Source: a virus (lineage: Duplodnaviria > Caudoviricetes). Taken from it: 44,209 nucleotides of DNA. The notes beneath the pieces are model-generated. The model worked only from the letters and a program-made list of their open reading frames with translations. It did no database searches and was not told the DNA's origin. The translations under genes and the position numbers were made by a program. Location of the stretch: IMG/VR virus record IMGVR_UViG_3300049924_000183, positions 1 to 44,209 of that record. One strand, 5' to 3'. Every line of letters begins with the position of its first letter. Position 1 is the stretch's first letter. This document shows, in pieces, positions 1-7,871 of the stretch.

Positions 1-30
1 GGTCAGGACCAAAGGGCCTGAGCAGGGGCC

Positions 31-552
31 TCACTCTTGATCGTCGTCCTCGTCACCCGGCGTAAGCAGCTGCGCATCAACGGCTTGCACTCTTGATGCC
101 TCGCCATCCCCCGGCATTGTCAATGCCGTGACGTGCCTGAGTGCGTCAAGGTGCAGGCTCCCGACGCTGATCTGGATGGCCGGCCCGCGCTGCTCGCCGA
201 ACTGCAGCTTGTCGTACCAGCTGGCTCGCTTGTGCAGCTCGTCAGCCCGCAGCTTCGCGAGGGCGATCGAGTCGCGATCTGGGTCGGTGGAGTGGACGAT
301 CTTCGCCGCCTGCTCCACAAGAGCCGCGCCCGCTCGCGTGCGCGCTCGAGCAATCAATTCGTCGCCGCCCGGTTGCAGCTGGGCCCAACGATCGATCATG
401 CCTCGAGTGATCGGGATGTTCATGCGAACAGTCAGCTCCTCGCTGACTTCAAGCAACGTGCGCCCGTCCTCGACCTGCTCGGACAACCACTCGATACCGC
501 CCAGCTGCTCCATCGCGTCACGCAGGGCCTTGTATCGCTGCTTGCCTGCCAT
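31..552 (-). CDS. terS: Terminase small subunit
   Basis: 173 aa with an N-terminal HTH-like segment, ARAR...A..LVE and AKLRAD...W....L..FGE patterns of Sf6/P22-like TerS; directly upstream of terL when circularised. Confidence 0.8.
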   Translation of the reverse strand: MAGKQRYKALRDAMEQLGGIEWLSEQVEDGRTLLEVSEELTVRMNIPITRGMIDRWAQLQPGGDELIARARTRAGAALVEQAAKIVHSTDPDRDSIALAKLRADELHKRASWYDKLQFGEQRGPAIQISVGSLHLDALRHVTALTMPGDGEASRVQAVDAQLLTPGDEDDDQE

Positions 553-998
553 CCACCCTCGCGACGAACGATTGGCCGTCTGCCAGCCTGCCAGACCACT
601 CCACGGTCAGCCGGGCTGGCTGACTGCATCACTGCGAGCGTCGCGGGCTGGACTTTCACCAGCATCCCCGGGTTGGCTGCCCAGTGTCGTGCACTTAGAC
701 CAACGCGACCCCCGACAATCCCCGGCGAGCGAGACGCGGCACACCGCCGTATCACCGCTCGGTGTGCCGCTGCACCCACCACACACCAACCACGGTATGC
801 CGACCCGCCAATCTGCACAACTGGGCAACTTCGTATCCCCCGGCGACAATACCCGTCCTGACGCACTGACACGAGAATGCGGAATTCCGGAAAGGACTAT
901 CAGAGTTGTCAATCCAATAGAAAGAGTAGAAATACAGAGTAGGAAGTTCCAATAGAACTATTCAATTCTCTCTCCAGTTGTGTCAGATCGTCAGATTG

Positions 999-1014
999 TT
1001 CACATCATCGTCAA
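999..1014 (-). promoter_or_regulatory. Operator-like box TTGAC-N6-GTGAA, possibly overlapping a leftward -35
   Basis: TTGACGATGATGTGAA on the - strand in the AT-rich intergenic region; matches five other intergenic copies. Confidence 0.5.
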
Positions 1015-1135
1015 CATTTCCCCGAGTAGGACACTTCTTTGTCCAGTTCCGCGTTCCCTTTTCGTGCTGTACTGTGCCTTCGTGTTCATACTGAGCACAA
1101 ACGGAGTGCGACTAAGCGCGAGGGTATTCGCTGTG

Positions 1136-1603
1136 ATGACGGACAAAGATTGGGACGAGGCAGCAAAACTGCCGCACTGGATTGTGACCGCCGGGGTCCA
1201 CATGACCCCCGTTGCCCGCACCTTCGACGGCCTCGCGAAGGCTCTCGCGGCCATGACGATGATGTCCCCTGACGGCGGTGCCACGCTGCTCGCACCGAAC
1301 GTCGAAGAGACCGGCATCGCCATGGTCCTTCGTTTCCCCGCACCGGTGGTGAACATGCTGGCGCTGACGAGTGCCATTCGCGGCGTGGCGCATCAGGATT
1401 ACGTGGCGATCGTCAACGCCGTGAACACGTCGACCATGGGCGCACCGAAGTTGCCGGGCGGCACCGGGAAGCACTTCATGCTGAAGCGCTGCACGAAGGC
1501 CTTCGCGGCAGCGATCGACCACCTCCGCGGAGCGCCGCAGCCCACGCCGGGGACGGCAGAATACTTCGCGTGGGTGACCCCGTTGCTGCAGGAGCTGCGA
1601 TGA
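1136..1603 (+). CDS. Hypothetical phage protein
   Basis: ORF MTDKDWDEAAKLPHW...; ATGA overlap with the next gene. Confidence 0.7.
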   Translation: MTDKDWDEAAKLPHWIVTAGVHMTPVARTFDGLAKALAAMTMMSPDGGATLLAPNVEETGIAMVLRFPAPVVNMLALTSAIRGVAHQDYVAIVNAVNTSTMGAPKLPGGTGKHFMLKRCTKAFAAAIDHLRGAPQPTPGTAEYFAWVTPLLQELR

Positions 1604-1815
1604 TCGTGCTCACCCTGCCCCTCGATGCAACGAGCACCGTCTGGCCCTCGACGGTGTCCTTCGTCGTCGCGCACATCGTGGCAGTCCGCGAGTGGGACAA
1701 GAACCAAAAGCCGCAGTGCACGATCTACCTGAGCGATGGCCGAGACATCGACGTGCCATACACCCGGGCCGACATCCTGTCAACCCTCGGATGGTCTGAA
1801 TCAGTGCTTGCGTAG
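1600..1815 (+). CDS. Hypothetical phage protein
   Basis: MIVLTLPLDAT...; GGAG upstream, coupled start/stop. Confidence 0.65.
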   Translation: MIVLTLPLDATSTVWPSTVSFVVAHIVAVREWDKNQKPQCTIYLSDGRDIDVPYTRADILSTLGWSESVLA

Positions 1816-1876
1816 GGCCGAGGTCGGCAACATATTTGCCGCCCTCCACGTATCATATGAGAACGGAGAATCATTC

Positions 1877-2224
1877 ATGACGTCTCACCCACCACTCGAG
1901 CCGGACGAAGTCGCCGTGACGCTCAAAACCTGCAGCCGACTGCTCGCTCCCAAGAGCACCCCACACTACCTCGGTGCCGCCCTGCGGCTCGAGGAATGCC
2001 TGAATGCCGTGACGCCATTCGCGCAGGATGTTGCCGCCGGCGAAGGCGGTGCCATCGATCAGGATGCGTTCAAGGCGTTCACGGTGCAGCTGATGATCGC
2101 CAACGCCGAGCTGCTGACCGCACTCACGCACGACGGCGTGGTTGTCGCACCCGACAAGATGACGTGGTGCGCTCAGGTGCTGCGGCAATACGGCATCGAG
2201 TCCAGCGTCAAGCCGGACTGCTGA
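1877..2224 (+). CDS. Hypothetical phage protein
   Basis: MTSHPPLEPDEV...; GGAGA RBS upstream. Confidence 0.7.
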   Translation: MTSHPPLEPDEVAVTLKTCSRLLAPKSTPHYLGAALRLEECLNAVTPFAQDVAAGEGGAIDQDAFKAFTVQLMIANAELLTALTHDGVVVAPDKMTWCAQVLRQYGIESSVKPDC

Positions 2225-2270
2225 ACGGCCCTCTAACACCGCCGGGTGTCGCCGTCAAGGGCTGACCGTC

Positions 2271-2397
2271 CTCACAGTCGGGTCAAAAGGCCGTTTCTCG
2301 ACTTAATCGAAACGTAATGTTCAGGGCTCTTGACGCCACCATGAGAGCATTACAGATTCGTCCACGTAACGAGAACGCCACTTGACACCGATGTGAG
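2271..2397. promoter_or_regulatory. Control region with three operator-like TTGAC-N6-RTGAG boxes (2271-2286 on -, 2330-2345 and 2382-2397 on +)
   Basis: Three motif copies within an intergenic gap, each starting with a -35-like TTGAC. Confidence 0.65.
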
Positions 2398-2410
2398 AAC
2401 GGAGACGACG

Positions 2411-2668
2411 ATGCTGAACCTCTCGATGTACGGCCTGCCCTCCACGGGCTCCAGCGACACCCTGTCCGACGCGATGCAGTACATGAGCATCGCCGAGTTC
2501 TACGCCGACAAGGCCGCGGCCACGTCCCAGCTGGACGAGCACGAGCTCTTCAAGGGGCTCGCGGTCGAGGCGATGCGGGACAGCGGGTTGTTCAGCCCGG
2601 CGGTCGCCTCGATGCTCGTGGCGACGCGCATCTTCCGCCTCGCCCGTGAGCAGCGGATGGCCGCGTGA
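2411..2668 (+). CDS. Hypothetical phage protein
   Basis: MLNLSMYGLP...; GGAG RBS; first gene of a coupled early operon. Confidence 0.7.
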   Translation: MLNLSMYGLPSTGSSDTLSDAMQYMSIAEFYADKAAATSQLDEHELFKGLAVEAMRDSGLFSPAVASMLVATRIFRLAREQRMAA

Positions 2669-2850
2669 GCTACGTGATCGATCGGCGTCGCCCGGCGACG
2701 CGGTCCTCGCCGGCGGAGACGGACTACCTGCTCGTGTGCGACGACTGTGGTCGGTCTGAACGCACGGCGCGGTTCGACCTCGACGAGAGTGAGCAGCGCT
2801 GCGACGCCTGCCACCGGCAGTACCTGAAGGATCACGAGGACGATGTATGA
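2665..2850 (+). CDS. Small putative zinc-binding protein
   Basis: CDDC...CDAC motif; GTGA overlap with the previous gene. Confidence 0.6.
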   Translation: MSYVIDRRRPATRSSPAETDYLLVCDDCGRSERTARFDLDESEQRCDACHRQYLKDHEDDV

Positions 2851-3104
2851 CACACCTGACCAAGCCGGTGTGTCGCGAGAGCCCGGCGTGGGTGCGAGAT
2901 CGATCGAAGGTGCGCCCACTGATCGTTGCCCTGACTGTGAGTGGCGTGGTCCTCCGCGCCAAGGGCACTCGCAAGCGCTTCACAGTCCCGTTCGAGCAGT
3001 TGTGGGCCATCGGAGCACGCAACGCAGCCGAGGAGCTGCGAGCGCAGCGCAAAGCCCGCCGGGCAGCGCGCACACCACGCACCACACACACGAGGTCAAC
3101 ATGA
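2847..3104 (+). CDS. Hypothetical basic phage protein
   Basis: MTHLTKPVCRES...RPLIVAL...LRAKGTRK; ATGA overlaps at both ends. Confidence 0.7.
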   Translation: MTHLTKPVCRESPAWVRDRSKVRPLIVALTVSGVVLRAKGTRKRFTVPFEQLWAIGARNAAEELRAQRKARRAARTPRTTHTRST

Positions 3105-3460
3105 AGTACTGGGCCGTAACTCCTGCTGGAAAGATCGAGATGCCGGATCGCCTCGCTGCCGAGCTGAGCGTGCGCATCTACACTGGGCTGATCGGCGGTG
3201 CCGGTTTCGTGGTCGAGAAGCTCGACCGCGCCATCACGGAAAACGACTCGCTGTCCTTCTTCGATGGCGGGGTCTGCAACACCGAGTGGGTGGAGATCAT
3301 GGCGATCGACGGCGGTGAGGACACGCAGGAGATCGTCGAACTCGTCGACCTCGTCAACCGCCGCCTCGACGCGGCGGAGACTCTCGACATCAACGATGGA
3401 TACCCCGTGAGCTCCACGGAAGACGGCAACACCGAAGCACTCGCAGTGCCCGCGGCGTAA
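3101..3460 (+). CDS. Hypothetical acidic phage protein
   Basis: MKYWAVTPAGK...; GAGG RBS. Confidence 0.7.
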   Translation: MKYWAVTPAGKIEMPDRLAAELSVRIYTGLIGGAGFVVEKLDRAITENDSLSFFDGGVCNTEWVEIMAIDGGEDTQEIVELVDLVNRRLDAAETLDINDGYPVSSTEDGNTEALAVPAA

Positions 3461-3484
3461 CCCCCGCGCTCCCCCTTTTTTTCG

Positions 3485-3528
3485 GCTGGCGTTGCCCTTG
3501 ACACGACCGTGAGAGTGGCAACGCCGGC
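3485..3528. promoter_or_regulatory. Operator/-35 box (3498-3513) enclosed by an 11/12-bp inverted repeat
   Basis: GCTGGCGTTGCC-cTTGACacgaccGTGAGagt-GGCAACGCCGGC, directly upstream of two HTH genes. Confidence 0.6.
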
Positions 3529-3542
3529 ACCACACGAGATCA

Positions 3543-3770
3543 ATGTTTGCTCGCATCCTCCGTCTGCTGAAAGACAACCCGCAGGGCTTGACCCCCACAC
3601 GCATGGCGCAGGAACTGGGTCTGCGCCATCCCGCTCAACTCACCGCCATCCTGCGCGACATGCACTGGCGCAACTACGTGCGCAAGGATCGGCTGCAGGT
3701 GAGAGGGCAGGTCGTCTACACGCTCTGCGACAGAACAGAGTGGGTCAGCGACAAACAGGTGCAGCCGTGA
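3543..3770 (+). CDS. Winged-helix DNA-binding protein
   Basis: ILRLLKDNPQGLTPTRMAQELG...L..M....YV...VYTL fits a wHTH pattern. Confidence 0.65.
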   Translation: MFARILRLLKDNPQGLTPTRMAQELGLRHPAQLTAILRDMHWRNYVRKDRLQVRGQVVYTLCDRTEWVSDKQVQP

Positions 3771-4009
3771 TGCGGTTGCACTCGACAAGGAGTGAACCTG
3801 CAGTGGTCGTGAATCTCGACACGTTCTTCCACGACGTGGAAGCCCGCATGAAGGCCAGTGGTATCTCGAAGGGCAAGCTCGCACTGCGGTTGGACAAGAA
3901 CCGATCGCAGATCACCCGCTGGTTCCGCACGCAGTCCTGCACACTCGACTCCGCACGCATGATCGTGCGCACCATCGAAGCCATCGAACAGGAGAAGATC
4001 GCCGCATGA
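3770..4009 (+). CDS. XRE/Cro-like HTH transcription regulator (alternative GTG start at 3803)
   Basis: MKASGISKGKLALRLDKNRSQITRWF...TL HTH pattern. Confidence 0.7.
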   Translation: MRLHSTRSEPAVVVNLDTFFHDVEARMKASGISKGKLALRLDKNRSQITRWFRTQSCTLDSARMIVRTIEAIEQEKIAA

Positions 4010-4293
4010 CGTTGCCCGTCGCATTGCAGAACCCCCTCGCCGGGGATGGCCGCACCCCGATGGTGTTGCGGAAGCCGGCGTACATGAGCCCCGCCAGTGC
4101 CCGGCGGGTGTGGATGATGACGTGCGACGTGGGCGACACGTTCACTGAGCCCGCACGCCTGTTCTCCTCGAAGCCCGCCCACGCGATCTACAACTGCGCC
4201 AACGCGGTGCGCAAGACAGCCAAGGGTAAGGACCGGGTGTTCTCGATCGAGCGCACCGACTATGCCACGTTCACCATCACGAGGACCGCATGA
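4006..4293 (+). CDS. Hypothetical phage protein
   Basis: Coupled ORF with a VGDTF...R.FSI...ITRTA pattern typical of small phage proteins. Confidence 0.65.
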   Translation: MTLPVALQNPLAGDGRTPMVLRKPAYMSPASARRVWMMTCDVGDTFTEPARLFSSKPAHAIYNCANAVRKTAKGKDRVFSIERTDYATFTITRTA

Positions 4294-4829
4294 TCGAGTT
4301 CGTGCCATTCCCGAAGATTCCGCGGCTCCACCGCGACATCATCATCACCGAGAAGCTCGATGGCACCAACGCGTCGGTGCACATCGGCGAGGACCACTTT
4401 CTCGTGGGCTCGAGGAACCGGTTCATCACGCCGGGTGACGACAACTTCGGCTTCGCCGCGTGGGCCTACGCCAATGCGAAAGCACTCAGGGACGTGCTCG
4501 GCCACGGATCGCACTTCGGCGAGTGGGTGGGCCGCGGGATTCAGCGTGGCTACGGGATGCAGGATCGCATGTTTGCGCTGTTCAACACGTCGCGCTGGTC
4601 GCCCGATGTCGTGAGCGCAGTCCCGGGCCTGACGATCGTGCCGCAGTTGTACAGCGGCCCCTTCTCGGAAGAGGCGATACAGAACACGCTGCGCATGCTG
4701 CGTACGTTTGGCAGCGCGTTCATCCCCTTCATGCACCCCGAGGGCATCATCGTCTACCACACCGCAGCCGCGCACGGATTCAAGGTGACGCTGATGGGCG
4801 ACGACGCACCGAAGAGCAAGGCCGCGTGA
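4290..4829 (+). CDS. RNA ligase (Rnl2-like nucleotidyltransferase domain)
   Basis: FPKIPRL, motif I TEKLDGTN, GSRNR, FGEW.G.GIQ and EGIIV. Confidence 0.85.
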   Translation: MIEFVPFPKIPRLHRDIIITEKLDGTNASVHIGEDHFLVGSRNRFITPGDDNFGFAAWAYANAKALRDVLGHGSHFGEWVGRGIQRGYGMQDRMFALFNTSRWSPDVVSAVPGLTIVPQLYSGPFSEEAIQNTLRMLRTFGSAFIPFMHPEGIIVYHTAAAHGFKVTLMGDDAPKSKAA

Positions 4830-5176
4830 GCAAGTCGCAGCGCACCAAGGGTGCGGCGTATGAGCGTGAAGTGTGCGACGCGTTGTTCGACCTGATCCCG
4901 GCGTTGACGCCGAAGCCGAAGCGCAACATCGGGCAGGCCCGTGACGGCGGCAACGACATCACGACGATGATCGCCGGGATCAAGTTCATCATCGAGTGCA
5001 AGCGCAGGAAGACGTTGGGCACGGTGTACCAGTGGCTGAAGCAGGCCGAGGAGGCGTGCGAGAGCATCGACGAACGACCGATCGTGATTGCACGGCAAGA
5101 TCAGGGGGGAAGCATCGTCATCATGACGCTCGAAGACTTCGCCCACGTCATCAACACCCTCACACGAGAGGATTGA
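4826..5176 (+). CDS. Holliday junction resolvase-like PD-(D/E)XK nuclease
   Basis: RTKGAAYEREV...GGNDI...IECKRR. Confidence 0.8.
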   Translation: MSKSQRTKGAAYEREVCDALFDLIPALTPKPKRNIGQARDGGNDITTMIAGIKFIIECKRRKTLGTVYQWLKQAEEACESIDERPIVIARQDQGGSIVIMTLEDFAHVINTLTRED

Positions 5177-5179
5177 ATC

Positions 5180-5434
5180 ATGGCACGCACGGAATACCGC
5201 CCGCTCAGGGCCCGCGTTATCGAGTACTGGGACTCGGCCCTTGGCCGGTTCGGCAACAAGCGGTTCAAGCAGGCCGTGCGTTCACCGAAGCGCGTGTACG
5301 TGCGAGCCTTCATCGATGGCGGTGAGCCGAATGCGGTCTTCACGACCCGTCGTGAAGCGCGCCAGCACGCGTCGCCGCTGGATCACATCGAGGTGTACGA
5401 GCGCGTCGATGACGTGCGCAAGCACCGGGTTTGA
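5180..5434 (+). CDS. Hypothetical phage protein
   Basis: ORF with GAGG RBS inside the operon. Confidence 0.6.
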   Translation: MARTEYRPLRARVIEYWDSALGRFGNKRFKQAVRSPKRVYVRAFIDGGEPNAVFTTRREARQHASPLDHIEVYERVDDVRKHRV

Positions 5435-5436
5435 CC

Positions 5437-5658
5437 ATGACTGTCAAAGACTTGATTGCCGACTTGCAGAAGCACCCCGAGGACATGCAGGTCGGCATCC
5501 GCAACACGGAGAGCTCCGGCTCTCCGAAATACGAGGTCATCACGTCAGACCTCGACATTCGCGAAATCCTCGCGGAAGAGAAGAAGGTCGCGTGGTGGCA
5601 GCGCAGCCAGACGATTCTGGTACTGGTGGGCGATCACTACGGAACGAGGCCGAAATGA
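5437..5658 (+). CDS. Hypothetical phage protein
   Basis: MTVKDLIADLQKHPEDMQV is a common small phage protein N-terminus. Confidence 0.7.
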   Translation: MTVKDLIADLQKHPEDMQVGIRNTESSGSPKYEVITSDLDIREILAEEKKVAWWQRSQTILVLVGDHYGTRPK

Positions 5659-6077
5659 CCTACCGTGAATACTGCCCCGCGCCGACCGACACGGGGGAGA
5701 CGGGGGCGGTGCTGTCTGCGCGGGATGTGTACGACGTGATGAACGCTGAGAAGGGTGGTCGCTGGGAATGTATTGAGTCGCGATACGTCCCGCTCTGGCA
5801 GGGGCGCGCGGACAAGCTGAATGCGTTGGTCGCTCCCGCCCTCGCCGCAGCGCACGCGGCGGGACAGGCGGAGGAGCGGGCGCGGATCACAGAGCTACAC
5901 CAAGCGGCGACGACCGCACTGCGAATGCTGCAAGCCATTCCGCTTGAGCATTGGTCGAATGGCAGCAAGCCGTTCGTTGGGTGGAGCGACCGAGGTTGCA
6001 TGGATGAAGGCGAAGTGCGTGCGTCCATCGCAATCAGTACGCTCAAGTCCACCCTCTCCGGACCGAGCGATGGCTGA
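5655..6077 (+). CDS. Modular accessory protein 1 (PTDT / ALAAAHAAG / GPSDG anchors)
   Basis: Coupled ORF sharing three DNA anchors with 6803-7402 and 7392-7871. Confidence 0.7.
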   Translation: MTYREYCPAPTDTGETGAVLSARDVYDVMNAEKGGRWECIESRYVPLWQGRADKLNALVAPALAAAHAAGQAEERARITELHQAATTALRMLQAIPLEHWSNGSKPFVGWSDRGCMDEGEVRASIAISTLKSTLSGPSDG

Positions 6078-6107
6078 TTCCGTGATCGCGCGGATGGAGG
6101 CGGCATC

Positions 6108-6380
6108 GTGAGCACACCACTGGAGCGGCTGCGGAGCGCGGTGATGTACGCGAACGCTCGGCCATTCACGCCGGACAACTGCTATCGGGAATTGCAGGCT
6201 GGAGACATCCGCGCGCTGCTGGCGCTGGTGGAGGCGTGCGAGGAGTTCTGCGATACGATCCGAGACAGTGACGACCCGAACGAAGTCACGGCGCAGGTGA
6301 TTGACTTGCGCGCCGCCCTCGCGCGCGTGGGGCTGGCGGACTCTCACACGGAAATAGGATATGACGACCAAGCACTATGA
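6108..6380 (+). CDS. Hypothetical accessory protein
   Basis: GGAGG RBS; ...IRALLALVEA...LRAALAR pattern. Confidence 0.65.
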   Translation: MSTPLERLRSAVMYANARPFTPDNCYRELQAGDIRALLALVEACEEFCDTIRDSDDPNEVTAQVIDLRAALARVGLADSHTEIGYDDQAL

Positions 6381-6816
6381 CCGCGACAACGGCTCGAACG
6401 TGCGCGCGCATGCCATCCGAGACGCTATGGGCACGGTGCAGGTATGCGCCGAGGAAGGCAACGCCATCGCGATGGTGGATCTCGCGCCCGCCGACGCCAT
6501 CGCCTTCGCCCGCGACGTGCTGGCGGCGGCGGGTTCTCCTTTCGCGAATGGCGAAAAGTCCGCGATTACTGAAATCCGTAAACCGGTGTTTGACATCAAC
6601 GCGGCAGTCATGCGCGATGACGACCTATCCGGCCACGACATCTACCGGACGTGTGCGAACGAACTCGACGCAGCCCTCGCCGATGATGGCAGGAAGCACG
6701 GCGACACGGCACTCGCGATGGCATACGACAGCGGGTATCAGGCCGGGCTGCTCGCGGCCAAGATCGCGATTCGCAACCTGTTGGTATTGGAGGGCGTGAG
6801 TGATGAACAGTCGTGA
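6361..6816 (+). CDS. Hypothetical accessory protein
   Basis: 151-aa ORF overlapping both neighbours in the operon. Confidence 0.65.
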   Translation: MTTKHYDRDNGSNVRAHAIRDAMGTVQVCAEEGNAIAMVDLAPADAIAFARDVLAAAGSPFANGEKSAITEIRKPVFDINAAVMRDDDLSGHDIYRTCANELDAALADDGRKHGDTALAMAYDSGYQAGLLAAKIAIRNLLVLEGVSDEQS

Positions 6817-7402
6817 ACGCATGATCGCACATACGGCGTGGATGGCAGCGTCGGCACCGGCATCCCCCGATGAAGTTGTGATGTCATCGGCAGCGTTCGA
6901 TACGTGGGCTGCATCCGTGGCAATCTCGCCGGAACACGCCCTCGCCGCGCCGACCGACGCCCCTGCCGACGGCGCGCGGGGTGGGGAGGACGACGACTAC
7001 GAGTGGGAGACGCCGCTAGCCGTGCAGAAGGCCGTCAACGCGTACCACATGCACGGCGATGCGATCCGGCTGAACGCACTGGACAAGGCGATCCGTGAGG
7101 CCCTCGCTGCCTCGCGCGCGGCGGGACGGAAGGAGCGGGAGGGGGAGATTGCAGCGACGACCGACACGGAGCCTGTGGACAAGTACGCGGTCGGCTTGTA
7201 CGCGAAGTTCCGCGTCGAGCGCACCGACGGCCGCAGCGCACCGGGCCAGAAGCATGACGGGTGCCGGTATTTCGTGCTCGACCTGACACACGACCCACAC
7301 GCACCCGCAGCGATGCGCGCGTATATCGAAAGCTGCCGTGCAGAGTATCCGTTGCTGGCGGCAGACCTTGAACCGTTCACCGGGCCGAGCGATGGCAAGT
7401 GA
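6803..7402 (+). CDS. Modular accessory protein 2 with a C-terminal conserved phage domain
   Basis: C-terminal GLYAKFRVERTDG...KH.GC.YFVLDLTHDPHA..A..AY..SC...YP.LA.DL domain; ends in anchor C (TGPSDGK). Confidence 0.75.
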   Translation: MNSRERMIAHTAWMAASAPASPDEVVMSSAAFDTWAASVAISPEHALAAPTDAPADGARGGEDDDYEWETPLAVQKAVNAYHMHGDAIRLNALDKAIREALAASRAAGRKEREGEIAATTDTEPVDKYAVGLYAKFRVERTDGRSAPGQKHDGCRYFVLDLTHDPHAPAAMRAYIESCRAEYPLLAADLEPFTGPSDGK

Positions 7403-7871
7403 GCCGAAGGAAGTGTGGGTGGTAGTGAACCGGAACGCGCTCCCGTCCTTCGTATTCGGAGCGCGGGGCAATGCAGAGAAGCTCTGCAACATCAGAGACG
7501 AAGGCGACACCGTCGTCCGCTACATCCTGCCGACCGACACGGTGGAGGCGGGGGCGGTGTTTCACTTCACGGTGGAAGATCGTGACGAGGTAGAGCGGTA
7601 CACCGCGGTGATGCCGCGTTCGACATACGCATCGCGGTTGGTGGCGGCAACGGACGTGGTGGTTCAGCGCAAGCTGATTCCCGCCCTCGCCGCAGCGCAC
7701 GCGGCGGGACGGGCGGCGGGACGGGCGGAGGAGCGTGAAGACATCCGGCGCTTCGCGCAGAAGCGCATGATGGATTTCCGACTGTCGCCCAGCTGGACGC
7801 ACAGCAGCAGCGAGCAGATTGCCGCCGTGCTGCTCGGAGATGACACACTCACCGGGCCGAGCGATGGCTGA
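7392..7871 (+). CDS. Modular accessory protein 3
   Basis: Starts within one anchor C, contains anchors A and B, ends LTGPSDG in the next anchor C. Confidence 0.7.
   Translation: MASEPKEVWVVVNRNALPSFVFGARGNAEKLCNIRDEGDTVVRYILPTDTVEAGAVFHFTVEDRDEVERYTAVMPRSTYASRLVAATDVVVQRKLIPALAAAHAAGRAAGRAEEREDIRRFAQKRMMDFRLSPSWTHSSSEQIAAVLLGDDTLTGPSDG

Larger units (their letters stand above)
5681..7871 (+). repeat. Dispersed direct-repeat anchors in the accessory gene block
   Basis: Anchor A 5681-5711 vs 7529-7559 (29/31). Anchor B 5834-5865 identical to 7679-7710, degenerate copy at 7100-7139. Anchor C CCGG(A/G)CCGAGCGATGGC within 6054-6077, 7376-7402 and 7848-7871. Confidence 0.9.

Noticed and set aside
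1-31. Direct terminal repeat
   Set aside because: No extended identity between the two window ends beyond the 6-7 bp GGGCCT motif.
553-880. Protein-coding gene or ncRNA upstream of terS
   Set aside because: Overlapping ORFs in several frames have low-complexity translations and no RBS; only weak GCCAG/CTGGC repeats, with no structure I can support.
5655-7871. Diversity-generating retroelement or invertase shufflon
   Set aside because: No reverse transcriptase or invertase gene; the repeats are short and direct, not a long TR/VR pair or inverted sites.
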